28,054 bases of DNA from an uncultured Bacilli bacterium (GTDB lineage Bacteria; Bacillota_I; Bacilli_A; RF39; UBA660), in contig CANRDA010000001.1 of the NCBI GenBank assembly GCA_947629285.1, positions 1-28,054 on the forward strand, written 5' to 3'. The position numbers and the translations under genes are program-made. How positions within the stretch are numbered: the stretch's first letter is position 1; each line of letters opens with the position of its first letter. Positions 1 through 10,415 of the stretch are shown piece by piece. The notes under the pieces were generated by a model, which saw only the letters and a list, made by a program, of their open reading frames with translations, did no database searches and was not told where the DNA came from.

Positions 1-862
1 CTTCAACTTTTAAAGCCATATTTGGATTAGCAAGTCCAATATCCTCGTATGCAATCACACTCATTCTTCTAAATATAATATCTAAATCTTCTGCTTCTAT
101 AAGTCTTGCAAGATAATGTAGCGCGGCATCTACATCAGAACCTCTAATACTTTTTTGAAACGCACTTATGACATCATAATATCCATCTTCATTTTTATCG
201 TGAAATAAATTAGGTTTATTACTTATATTTTTTAGTGATTCTAAAGTCACTTTTTTATCAGTAGAGTAGTAAGCAACTTCAAGTAAATTATATGCATATC
301 TAAGGTCCCCACTTGAAGTGTTTGCTATAAAGTCTATACATTCATCATCTATTTTAATATCATTTAATTCTGTTTTGATAGCTTTATTAATAGCTATTTT
401 AATATCATCACTAGTTAGTTCTTTAAGTTCAAATATTTGACACCTAGAACGTATTGCTGGATTAATAGCGTGGTACGGATTAGATGTAGTCATACCAATT
501 AAAATAATTAATCCATTTTCTAGATATGGTAAAAGTAAGTCTTGTTTATCTTTATTGAGCCTATGTATCTCATCCATGATAACTACAAGTCCTTTATACA
601 TTTTGGCTTCTTCTACAACTACATCGAAGTCTTTTTTATTATTAATAACTGCATTAAGCATTCTATATTGTAATCCAAGTTCCTCAACTATTGCAGTTGC
701 TATTGTAGTTTTTCCAATACCTGGCTTACCATATAATATCATGGAAAACAATCTCTTGTTCTTTACTAAATTAGTAAGTACTTTATTTTTACCTATTAAA
801 TGTTTTTGTCCTATAACATCGTCTAAACATTTAGGTCTAAGTTTTAACGCCAATGGTTCCAT
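1..862 (-). CDS. rarA: Replication-associated recombination protein A (MgsA/RarA AAA+ ATPase); 3' end runs off the window
   Basis: Manual translation from ATG at 862 (SD GGTGA): MEPLALKLRPKCLDDVIGQKHL...YGKPGIGKTT (Walker A)...IMDEIHRLNKDKQDLLLP (Walker B)...TTSNP...SRC...GDLR...YDVISAFQKSIRGSDVDAALHYLARLI. Missing from the ORF track because it is open at the window edge. Confidence 0.95.
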   Translation of the reverse strand, partial: MEPLALKLRPKCLDDVIGQKHLIGKNKVLTNLVKNKRLFSMILYGKPGIGKTTIATAIVEELGLQYRMLNAVINNKKDFDVVVEEAKMYKGLVVIMDEIHRLNKDKQDLLLPYLENGLIILIGMTTSNPYHAINPAIRSRCQIFELKELTSDDIKIAINKAIKTELNDIKIDDECIDFIANTSSGDLRYAYNLLEVAYYSTDKKVTLESLKNISNKPNLFHDKNEDGYYDVISAFQKSIRGSDVDAALHYLARLIEAEDLDIIFRRMSVIAYEDIGLANPNMALKVE

Positions 863-925
863 AATCTCACCAATAATATTTTACCATAATATATAAAAAA
901 GTGGTATAATAAGTATGGTGATAAT

Positions 926-1813
926 ATGGAGAACCTAAACGAATTAGTAGAAGAGTTTTTGAGATATTTACTTATAGATAAAGGTTATAGCAGCAATACT
1001 ATCGCTTCATATAAAATAGATTTGGAAAAATTTTTGGAGTATAACAAAGGAAAAAATATAGATAATATAACTAATAGTGATTTAAAAGAGTATGTTAAGT
1101 GGTTAAATAAAGAAAATTTAAATGAGAAATCTATATCGAGAAATATATCTTGTTTAAAAAGTTTTTATAAGTTTTTAGTAATAGAAAAATACGTAAAAAA
1201 TAATCCTAGTGATTTGATATCCATACCAAAAGTTAAAAAAAGTCTACCTAAAACACTTACTGAAGAAGAAGTAATTAAACTACTTGATATAGATTTAACT
1301 GATAATTTTAGTTATAGAAATAAAGCAATGCTTGAAGTGATGTATGCAACAGGACTTCGTGTAAGTGAACTAGTTAATTTGAAACTTCAAGATGTAGATT
1401 TATCTCAAGACTTAGTTAGAACTTTTGGAAAAGGTAGTAAAGAACGTGTTATTCCAATAGGAGAGTATGCTAGGGAATATTTAGAAAAATATATATATGA
1501 ATATAGAGCTTCTATGTTAAAAAGGACTAATAACGAATACTTATTTTTAAATAATCATGGGAATAAAATGACTAGACAAGGATTCTTTAAAATAATAAAG
1601 AAAATCGCTAAAGAAAAGGGTATAGATAAAGAGTTATCTCCTCATACACTTAGACATTCATTTGCTACTCACTTACTTAAATATGGGGCAGATTTAAGGA
1701 CAATACAAGAACTTTTAGGACACTCTGATATTTCAACAACTCAGATTTACACATATATAAGTAATGAAGAATTAAAGAAAAATTATGAAGATTTTCATCC
1801 ACATGGAAATTAA
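926..1813 (+). CDS. xerD: Site-specific tyrosine recombinase XerD/RipX
   Basis: 295 aa with N-terminal SAM-like domain, LEVMYATGLRVSEL, GKGSKERVIP, HTLRHSFATHLL, LGHSDISTTQIYT. Adjacent to deoB, as ripX-drm in Bacillus. Confidence 0.9.
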   Translation: MENLNELVEEFLRYLLIDKGYSSNTIASYKIDLEKFLEYNKGKNIDNITNSDLKEYVKWLNKENLNEKSISRNISCLKSFYKFLVIEKYVKNNPSDLISIPKVKKSLPKTLTEEEVIKLLDIDLTDNFSYRNKAMLEVMYATGLRVSELVNLKLQDVDLSQDLVRTFGKGSKERVIPIGEYAREYLEKYIYEYRASMLKRTNNEYLFLNNHGNKMTRQGFFKIIKKIAKEKGIDKELSPHTLRHSFATHLLKYGADLRTIQELLGHSDISTTQIYTYISNEELKKNYEDFHPHGN

Positions 1814-1869
1814 GTGTAGATTTATACCACAAAATTTGATACAATAGTAATAGATAAAAGGAGGGTTGT

Positions 1870-3036
1870 ATGAAATTTAAAAGAATATTTTTAATCGTAC
1901 TAGATTCACTCGGGGTGGGGGAAGCAATAGATGCTAAAAAGTTTGATGATGTAGGAGCTAATACACTAGGTCATATATTAGAGTTTAATCCTATAGACTA
2001 TCCTAATTTAGAGCAAATGGGATTTTTGAATCTTGTCAATCACAACACTGATAAAAAGATTGATTCCTATTACACAAAGGCACATCCAAAGGCAAATGGG
2101 AAAGATACACTAACTGGGCACTTAGAGATGATGGGTATAAGAACGCTAATTCCATTTAAAACATTTACTAAGACTGGATTCCCTAAAGAATTAATAGATG
2201 AACTTGAAAAAAGAACTGGCAGAAAAGTAATTGGAAATTGTAATGCTAGTGGGACTGAAATAATAGAAAGACTTGGACAAGAACAGATAGATACTGGCGC
2301 ACTCATAGTATATACATCAGCTGATTCAGTACTTCAAATAGCCGCACACGAAGATGTAATTCCACTTAATGAATTATATAAGGACTGTGAGATTGCACGT
2401 GAATTAACCATAAAAGATGAATGGAAAGTCGGTAGAATTATTGCAAGACCATATGTTGGAACTCCTGGCAATTTTACTCGTACATCCAATAGACACGATT
2501 ATGCACTAGACCCGGTTAGTGATACTGTGTTAGATAATCTAAAAAATAGTGGCTTTGATGTAATATCTATAGGTAAAATAAGTGATATATTTAATAACTG
2601 CGGTATTACTAAAAGTACTAAAACTAAAGATAACTTAGATGGTATAATTAAAATAATTGAAACTGAAAAAGATGATTTTAGAGGCTTGTGTTTTGCCAAT
2701 CTAAATGATTTTGATTCAAAATACGGACATAGAAGAAATATAAAGGGGTATGCAGAGGCAATTAAAGAGTTTGATACTTATTTGCCTGTCATTAAAGACA
2801 ATTTAAAGGAGGACGATTTACTTATGATAGTAGCAGACCACGGAAATGATCCATCATACAAAGGAACAGACCATACAAGAGAAAACATACCTGTACTTAT
2901 ATATTCAAAAATGTTTACTGATCCAAAACATTTAAGAGAACTTGATTGCTTCTCAGATATAGGAGCGACAATCGCAGACAATTTTAATGTTAAATTACCA
3001 TTGGTTGGAAAGAGTTTTTTAGGTAAATTAAAATGA
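1870..3036 (+). CDS. deoB: Phosphopentomutase
   Basis: RIFLIVLDSLGVGE, GKDTLTGHLEM, YTSADSVLQIAAHE, DFDSKYGHRR, ADHGNDP, DHTRE motifs; SD AGGAGG. Confidence 0.96.
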   Translation: MKFKRIFLIVLDSLGVGEAIDAKKFDDVGANTLGHILEFNPIDYPNLEQMGFLNLVNHNTDKKIDSYYTKAHPKANGKDTLTGHLEMMGIRTLIPFKTFTKTGFPKELIDELEKRTGRKVIGNCNASGTEIIERLGQEQIDTGALIVYTSADSVLQIAAHEDVIPLNELYKDCEIARELTIKDEWKVGRIIARPYVGTPGNFTRTSNRHDYALDPVSDTVLDNLKNSGFDVISIGKISDIFNNCGITKSTKTKDNLDGIIKIIETEKDDFRGLCFANLNDFDSKYGHRRNIKGYAEAIKEFDTYLPVIKDNLKEDDLLMIVADHGNDPSYKGTDHTRENIPVLIYSKMFTDPKHLRELDCFSDIGATIADNFNVKLPLVGKSFLGKLK

Positions 3037-3719
3037 AATATCAAGAGTTTTTAAAAGAATTAAATAGTCTGCAAGATTTAAAATTTAAAGATTTTCATTC
3101 AAAATTAATTCACGATGATAATTTAATAGGTGTTAAGACAGCTGATTTAAAAAATGTTGCTAAAAAAATTGTCAAAGCTGATTATGATGCATTCATAAAA
3201 GAAAATAAACATTCATTTTACGAAGAAAATTTAGTACACGGGTTATTACTTGGATATATAAAAAAAGATTATATTGAACTTAAAAAGTATATAGATGATT
3301 TTATACCATACATAGATAACTGGGCAGTTTGTGACCTTACTGCAGCAAATTTAAAAATATATAAGAAAAAGGCTTTAAGAGAAGAGGCATTTAACGATAT
3401 AAAAGGATATATCAACGATAAAAATCCTTGGATAAACAGATTTGGATATGTACTTCTTTTATACTATTACATAGATGATGAGCATATAGATGAAATATTT
3501 AAATTGTGTGAAAAAGAAACGCAAGAATATTTTGTTAAAATGGCAGTAGCTTGGTTACTTTCTATGTGCTTTGTATCATATAAAAAAGATACTTTAGCAT
3601 TCTTTAAGAATAACAAGCTAGATAAATGGACACATAATAAAGCACTTCAAAAACTAATCGAATCTAGAATGATTACTGATAAAGAAAAAGATAAATTAAG
3701 AAAGATGAAAAAGAAATGA
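3033..3719 (+). CDS. DNA alkylation repair protein (AlkD-like)
   Basis: IDNWAVCD, WINRFGYV and YFVKMAVAWLLS motifs typical of the family; ATGA overlap with deoB. Confidence 0.8.
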   Translation: MKYQEFLKELNSLQDLKFKDFHSKLIHDDNLIGVKTADLKNVAKKIVKADYDAFIKENKHSFYEENLVHGLLLGYIKKDYIELKKYIDDFIPYIDNWAVCDLTAANLKIYKKKALREEAFNDIKGYINDKNPWINRFGYVLLLYYYIDDEHIDEIFKLCEKETQEYFVKMAVAWLLSMCFVSYKKDTLAFFKNNKLDKWTHNKALQKLIESRMITDKEKDKLRKMKKK

Positions 3720-4228
3720 AATACTTAGTTATTTCTGATATACATGGTAATATTTATAATTTAAATAAAGTACTTGATATATATTTCTTGGAACACGCAT
3801 CTAAGCTTATTATACTCGGTGATTTATTTAATTATGGAATAGATTTAAATAAAACCGATATTATTAACAGATTAAATCTTATGAAAGATAATATTATTGC
3901 TGTTAGTGGGAACTGTGATAATAATATAAAAGACATATTATTTGATATGCCATATATAAATAAAGTTAATCTAAATAATAAAAATATTATACTTACTCAT
4001 GGACATTTATATAATAAAGAGTATCTATTAAATACAGATGCTGATATTATATTTACTGGACATTCACATATAGCAGATATTAGTGAAGTAGGGGATAAAC
4101 TATTTATTAATCCTGGGTCAATTTCTAAATCTAGGAGAGGAGAAAATAGTTTTGTTATCGTTGATGAAAATAAAGTTAGTATAAGAAATTTAGATAATGA
4201 AATATTAGAAGAATACAAACTTAAATAG
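3716..4228 (+). CDS. YfcE-like metallophosphoesterase
   Basis: ISDIHG, LGDL, GNCD, THGH, GHSH, NPGS metallophosphoesterase motifs. Confidence 0.88.
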   Translation: MKYLVISDIHGNIYNLNKVLDIYFLEHASKLIILGDLFNYGIDLNKTDIINRLNLMKDNIIAVSGNCDNNIKDILFDMPYINKVNLNNKNIILTHGHLYNKEYLLNTDADIIFTGHSHIADISEVGDKLFINPGSISKSRRGENSFVIVDENKVSIRNLDNEILEEYKLK

Positions 4229-4240
4229 TTTGTGTTTTTT
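4214..4240 (+). terminator. Intrinsic terminator separating the housekeeping operon from the cas locus
   Basis: ACAAACT-taaat-AGTTTGT stem followed by GTTTTTT. Confidence 0.55.
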
Positions 4241-4270
4241 ATTGATTGTTGGTGAATATCTATAAAAATA

Positions 4271-4279
4271 TGGTATAAT
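4271..4279 (+). promoter_or_regulatory. Extended -10 promoter, probably driving the cas9 operon
   Basis: TGgTATAAT immediately downstream of the terminator; no clear -35. Confidence 0.55.
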
Positions 4280-4292
4280 TAAATTGTGATAC

Positions 4293-4386
4293 AAAAAAGG
4301 ACTGTCTAAACAGTCTGCTTAGGGTAATCCATAAGGAAAACCTTTATTTTAACTTTCTATGTCATCTTAAATGGTATTAAGACAAC
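4293..4386 (-). ncRNA. tracrRNA: tracrRNA
   Basis: Minus strand reads GUCUUAAUACCAUUUAAGAUGACAUAGA-AAGU-UAAAAU-AAAGGUUUUCCUUAUGGAUUACCCUAAGCAGACUGUUUAGACAGUCC-UUUUUU. It has an anti-repeat to the array repeat, the same GA/AAGU bulge and UAAAAU lower stem as SpCas9 tracrRNA, a nexus-like segment, a terminal hairpin and a U6 tract. The 5' end is approximate. Confidence 0.92.
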
Positions 4387-4389
4387 TTA

Positions 4390-4419
4390 ATTGTATCACG
4401 TAATGAAGGAGGAAGTCAA
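4390..4419 (-). promoter_or_regulatory. tracrRNA promoter, overlapping the cas9 ribosome-binding site
   Basis: Minus strand TTGACT (4419-4414), 18 nt, TACAAT (4395-4390), with TG extension. Confidence 0.65.
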
Positions 4420-4420
4420 G

Positions 4421-7400
4421 ATGTTAGACGAAAAAAATATAATATTGGATTAGATATCGGTACTACTTCAGTTGGTTGGGCAGTAGTAGATCCTGAAACC
4501 TATAAAATTATGAATAAAGCAAATAAACAATTATGGGGTGTTAGACTATTCGATGAAGCCATTACTGCAGAAGGTAGAAGAGGTTTTAGAACAAGCAGGA
4601 AAAGATATGATAGAAGAAGAAAAAGAATTAAATTATTACAAAATGAATTTAGAGATGAAATAAATAAAGTCGATCCTAACTTCTTTAAAAAATTAAAAGA
4701 AAGTTTTTACAATGAATCAGATACAAAGAACAAAACAATTATATTATCAAAAGAAGAAAAAAAGCAAATTAAAGAATATAATAAAAAATATAAAACTATA
4801 TATCATCTTAGAGAAAGACTAATAAATAATCCTGAAAAAGAGGATATAAGACTTGTTTATTTAGCAATACACCACATTATAAAATATAGAGGTAATTTCT
4901 TATATAATAGTGATAGTTTTAACGTTGATAATTTAAATATATCTGAAAAGTTAAATGAAATATTTAATAATATATATTCACTTTGTGATGAATTAGAATT
5001 AAATATAGATATTTTAAATGATAATTTTTATCAAGTATTAGAAAATGCTTTAATTGAAAAGTCTAATACGGATAAAAAAGTACTCATTAAAGCATCATTA
5101 AATGATAATATTTATAAGGACTTTACAAATGAATTTATTAAATTAATATTAGGTAATAAATTTTCAATATCAAAATTATTTAATATTGAACTTGATGAAG
5201 ATATAAATATTAGTTTCAAAAGTTCAGAATACGATGATAATTGCTCTAAACTTGAAAAATCTTTAGGGGATAAAATAGAAGTATTAAACAATTTAAAAGA
5301 ATTATATAATATTTTGTTTTTAAAAAGTTTATTTAAAAATAGTAATAATACTAATATATCTTCATTAATGGTTAAAAGATATAACGAACATGCAAATGAT
5401 TTAAAATTTTTAAAACAATTATTAAAATACGATGATAAATTATATAAAATTTTCTTTAAAGATAATTTGTCAGATAAAAAAGATGAGTTTTGTATTTATA
5501 GAAAATATGTGAATAATGCTTTATCTTATGAGGAATTTAAAAAAGAATTAAATAAAGCCTTAGAAATAATATTTAATTATAATATCGATGAAAACCTTAT
5601 AGATGAATATACAAGTTACTTTAAAGAAAGAATTGATGAAAACTTATTTTTACCTAGGATTACTGATTCAGATAATGGTAAATATCCATATCAATTAAAT
5701 AAAGTTGAGTTAGAAAAAATAATAGAAAATCAAGGAAAATACTATCCTTTCTTAAAACAAACAGTAAAAGATTCAAATAAAGAAGTTTATAAATTAGTTA
5801 AACTTTTAACATTTAAAATACCATATTATATTGGACCATTAAATAATACTACTAATAAAAAAGGTATTGTTAATAAAAACGCATGGGCAGTAAAAAAAGA
5901 TAATAAAATACAAGTAACACCTTATAATTTTGATGAAATAATAGATAAAGAAGCATCTGCAGAATTATTTATTACTAGAATGATTTCACATTGTACTTAT
6001 TTACTTAATGAATATGCACTACCTAGTAATTCGATATTATATTGTAAATATAAAGTGATGAATGAGTTAAAACAGATAAAGGTAATGAATAGAAAAATTC
6101 CAAATTCTTTACAGCACACAATCTTTGATGAGTTATTTTTAAAGACTAATTCATTTATAACTGAAAGAAAATTTATTAATTATTTAAAAGGTACTAATGA
6201 ATATAATATGTATGATAATTTGAATATAGAAGGTTATTCTAGTGATAAAAAGTTTGCTAATAATATGCAATCATATGTAGATTTCTTTGGTGAAGATGGG
6301 ATATTTAAAGATACTGATTATAAAATTAATGATGCTGAAGAAATAATTAGATGGATAACTATTTTTGAGGATAAAGATATCTTAGAGACAAAAGTGCGAA
6401 AAGAATATCCAAAATTAAATGACCGTGCAGTAAAATTAATTCTATCAAAAAGATATACTGGCTGGGGAAATCTATCAGAAAAGTTATTAAATGGTATATA
6501 TTATAAAGATAAAGAATCCAATATAAATAAATCTATAATGGATTTAATGTATGAAACAGAAGATAATTTTATGCAAATAATATTTAAAAAAGAATATGGC
6601 TTTCAAGATAAAATTGATGAGATAAACTTATCTAATGTTAATAATAAACTAGATTATTCTATAGTAGATGCACTTGCAACCTCTCCATCTACCAAAAGAG
6701 CAATTTATCAATCATTAAAAATAGTAAAAGAAATTACTGATTATATGGGATATGACCCAGAAAACATAATGATTGAAATGTCCAGAGGGGAGGATAAAGT
6801 AAAATCAAGAAAAGATACAAAAAAGACTTACTTAAATAAATTATATGATAAATTTAAAAAAGATATAAATGATTATAATAAATTAAAGAAAGAATTAAAC
6901 TCTTTTGATAAAATTGATAGTCAAAAGTTATTCTTATATTTTATCCAAGAGGGGAAAAGTCTATATTCGAGAAAACCACTTAATATAGATAATTTGGAAG
7001 AATATGAAATTGACCACATTATTCCAAGAACACTTATAAAAGATGATTCTATCGAGAATAAAGCACTAGTATTAAGAAGTGAAAATCATGAAAAAGCCGC
7101 AAATTTCGTACTACCTTCTAATTTTAGAACTAGAGATATGATTAATTGGTGGATACATCTTAAAGATTGTAATTTAATTACTAGTAAAAAATTTAACAAT
7201 CTATGTAGAAATTATTATACTGAAAAAGATATAGAAGGTTTCATCAATAGACAGTTAGTTGAAACAAGGCAGATAACTAAACATGTAGCAAGTATTTTAA
7301 ATAATTTTTATAAAGATACTAAAATCGTTTATTTAAACGCTGAGCTATCAAGCAATTATAGAAAGAAATTTGAATTATTTAAATACCGTGATTTAAATGA

Positions 7401-8478
7401 TTATCACCATGCTCATGATGCTTATTTAGCAGCAGTTATAGGTGAATATAAAGAGAAATATTTAAATACAACTACTGATTTTGAAAAATTAAAAGAAATT
7501 ACTAAAAAACTTATTGAAGAAAAAAAATATAATGAATTAAGTTATGGATATGTAATTAATAGTATTAGTAATGATGTAAGTCTTTTTGATGAAGATACAG
7601 GTGAAATTAAATTTGATGCAGATTTATTCAATGAGACAGTAAAAGAAACATTATATAGAAATGATATATTAATTAGTAAAAAAACTGAAATTAAAACTGG
7701 AGAGTTTTATAATCAAACTAAAAGCAAAAAAGGAAATAAAGGAGTTCCTTTAAAAGAAAATCTACCAACGGAATTATATGGTTCATATACAAGTTTAAAT
7801 CCTTCATATTCAGTTTTAGTAAAATATACTAAGAAAAATAAAACTGAACAAAGATTAATTGGCGTTCCTATATATTATAGTATTAAAAATAACAATGATA
7901 ACAATATACTTATTAATTATATTGCGAGTTTGTTACAGATTGATGATAAAAATAGTATTGAAATTATAAAAGATAAAATACCTTTTTATACAATTTTAGA
8001 TTGGGATGGTCAAATTTGTTCTTTAGTAGGTGCGACAGATAAAGTAGAAGTATGTAATGCGAAAGAATTTAAAATTAATAAAGAAAATCAAATAAAATGG
8101 AAATATACTTTAAACAGGCTATTTAATAAAAATATAAATAGTATAGATGATGTTATATATAACAATCAATTAAATGAAGTTGCCAATTATATAATTGAAA
8201 AAATTGAAACTGACTATAAACTATATGAGAATCTTTTACCAGAAATAAAAGAGTTCTTAAGTGATGATGTTTTAAATAATATAACTATTGATACAAAAGA
8301 AAAAACATTACTTGAATTGTTTAAACTATTAAAATTTAATAGTGCAACTGCTAATTTAAAATGCTTAGACAGTAACTTGTCCTTAGCATTCGGAAAAAAG
8401 CACAGTAGAATTATAAGTCATTTCACAATCATTAATAAATCTGTAACTGGATTAAGGGAACATAGAAATGAGTTTTAG
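4421..8478 (+). CDS. cas9: Type II-A Cas9, 1352 aa if repaired; as written it has a 1-nt frameshift in the A7 tract at 4431-4437
   Basis: SD AAGGAGGA (4406-4413) precedes ATG 4421. RuvC-I YNIGLDIGTTSVGWAV starts at 4438, in the frame of the 4510-8478 ORF. Also present: Arg-rich bridge helix RRGFRTSRKRYDRRRKR, RuvC-II IEMSR, HNH EIDHIIP...N...N, RuvC-III HHAHDAYL. Confidence 0.95.
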
Positions 8479-9340
8479 GACTGTTGTTATATCAAAACAA
8501 TCTAGGATAAGTTATAAAAACAGATTTCTAGTAGTTAAACAAGAAAATGATGAAAAATATATTCATTTATCAGAAATAGATACAATTATAGTCGATTCTA
8601 TAGCTGTATCTATTTCCTTATACTTGTTAAAAGAATTATGCGATAATAAAATAAATATAATTTTTTGTGATGAAAAACATAATCCATATGGAGAATTAAT
8701 GTCTCTTTATTCAAGTCATAATTCTAGTAAAAAAATAATATTACAAAGTAAATGGAATAATAAATTAAAAGATGAATTATGGGAAAATATAATAATAAAT
8801 AAAATAACTAATCAAGCCATTTTATTACAAAAAATAAAATCTGATAATTATAATTTATTATTAGAATATGCTAAAGACGTAAAAATAGGGGATAAAACAA
8901 ATAGAGAAGGACATGCTGCAAAAGTATACTTTAATTCATTATTTACTAAAAAGTTTGTAAGAAATGAAAATGATGATATAAATTCGGCACTAAATTATGG
9001 ATATGCAGTATTACTTTCTACATTTAATAAAGAAATAGTAAATAATGGTTACAAAACAGAACTTGGAATACATCATAAAAATGAATTTAATCCATTTAAT
9101 TTAACTTGTGATTTAATGGAACCTTTTAGGATAGTTATTGATAGTTTTGTGTATTATAATCAAACAAGAGAGTTTAATAGTGAATATAAGATGGATTTGG
9201 TAAATATATTTAATGCTAAATACGACTATTTAGGTAAAAAATATACATTAAAAGATATAATAAAATTATATGTAAAAAATATATTTGATTTTATAGAAAA
9301 TAATAAAGAGTATAAAGGATTTAGTATTTATGAGGGATAG
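8468..9340 (+). CDS. cas1: CRISPR-associated endonuclease Cas1 (type II)
   Basis: MSFRTVVISK, NREGHAAKVYF, NSALNYGYAVL, GIHHKNEFNPFNLTCDLMEPFR. Confidence 0.96.
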   Translation: MSFRTVVISKQSRISYKNRFLVVKQENDEKYIHLSEIDTIIVDSIAVSISLYLLKELCDNKINIIFCDEKHNPYGELMSLYSSHNSSKKIILQSKWNNKLKDELWENIIINKITNQAILLQKIKSDNYNLLLEYAKDVKIGDKTNREGHAAKVYFNSLFTKKFVRNENDDINSALNYGYAVLLSTFNKEIVNNGYKTELGIHHKNEFNPFNLTCDLMEPFRIVIDSFVYYNQTREFNSEYKMDLVNIFNAKYDYLGKKYTLKDIIKLYVKNIFDFIENNKEYKGFSIYEG

Positions 9341-9650
9341 AGCAATGAGGACAATAGTGTTTTTTGATTTACCTAATGTTTATGCAAAAGATAGAAGAAA
9401 TTATAATTTATTTAAAAAATTTCTAACAAATGAAGGATTTTTAATGTTACAAGAATCAGTTTATTCTAAAATTGTATTAAATTCAGTTCAATCCAATTTG
9501 TTGATTGAACGAGTAAAAAAGAACGCACCAAAAAAAGGTATTATTCAATTGATGACAATAACAGAAAAACAATATTCCCAAATAATTTATGTAATAGGGG
9601 AGTCCAACACTAAAATAATAGATAGTGAAGATAGGTTAGTGGTATTATGA
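9330..9650 (+). CDS. cas2: CRISPR-associated Cas2
   Basis: MRTIVFFDLP...FLMLQESVYSK...MTITEKQY; follows cas1. Confidence 0.95.
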   Translation: MRDRAMRTIVFFDLPNVYAKDRRNYNLFKKFLTNEGFLMLQESVYSKIVLNSVQSNLLIERVKKNAPKKGIIQLMTITEKQYSQIIYVIGESNTKIIDSEDRLVVL

Positions 9651-10324
9651 AATTTAATTTTAGTTATCTCGATAATGATGTGCTTATTGATAATAATAAA
9701 ATACTATCGATTGAAGTAGAAAATAAAAATTACTTTTATAGAATTGTCAATGACTTAAATACAATTTATAACGGAAATATTAGTGATGACTTAACGATTT
9801 ATGATAATGAAAATAATGAAATAGATTTAACTAATAAGATAAGTGTTATGATTGATTATTTTAATATAGATTTTAACTCGAAAAAATTAATTAATACTCT
9901 TTCTAAATCTATAATTGAAAATATAGATATTGAAGATTTAAATAAAATCAAAATTAATTATAAAAAAATAAAAAATATTATTTCTAAATCATTAAATGAA
10001 TATGATTTTTCAATATCATTCAGTGATGAATTAGAAATGGAAAATCTTTTTAAAATATTAAAAATTAGTATTAATAAAAAGGATTCATTAATAGATAATT
10101 TATTTCTTATTATTGATTTAGAAAATAAATTTAAATTAAATAAGTTATTAGTTTTTATAAATTTAAAACAATACTTGTCTAAAGAAGAATTAATTGAATT
10201 CTATAAATATTGTATATATAATAATGTTATGATTATTTTAGTAGATTCACAAACATATGGAACAACTATAAAATATGAAAAAAAGTTAATAATAGATAGT
10301 AATTTAGATGAATATTTGTTATAA
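9647..10324 (+). CDS. csn2: Type II-A CRISPR-associated Csn2
   Basis: 225 aa after cas2; KLLVFINLKQYLSKEEL and C-terminal IIDSNLDEY resemble Csn2. Confidence 0.88.
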   Translation: MKFNFSYLDNDVLIDNNKILSIEVENKNYFYRIVNDLNTIYNGNISDDLTIYDNENNEIDLTNKISVMIDYFNIDFNSKKLINTLSKSIIENIDIEDLNKIKINYKKIKNIISKSLNEYDFSISFSDELEMENLFKILKISINKKDSLIDNLFLIIDLENKFKLNKLLVFINLKQYLSKEELIEFYKYCIYNNVMIILVDSQTYGTTIKYEKKLIIDSNLDEYLL

Positions 10325-10415
10325 TCAATATAGTAATATAGATTTTACCATTTAAAATATAAAATTTTCTATGTATTTTATATAACGTTCTAAAATCTTA
10401 ACAAATTAATTTGAG
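10317..10415 (+). promoter_or_regulatory. CRISPR leader with extended -10 and leader-anchoring end
   Basis: TGtTATAAT at 10317-10325; AT-rich; ends in ATTTGAG directly before repeat 1, a known type II-A leader-end motif. Confidence 0.8.

Noticed and set aside
1588-1600. 13-nt match between the putative phage guide 3' end (13025-13037, CTTTATTATTTTA) and the minus strand of xerD, followed by AAGAAT
   Set aside because: It would be attractive as Cas9-mediated repression of xerD. However, it is a low-complexity 13-mer found post hoc and this Cas9's PAM is unknown, so chance is likely. Revisit only if the guide RNA is detected.
4510-8478. ORF-track start of Cas9 at 4510 as a natural RuvC-less variant
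   Set aside because: There is no SD before 4510, and intact RuvC-I codons plus a strong SD/ATG lie upstream; the frameshift explains it better.
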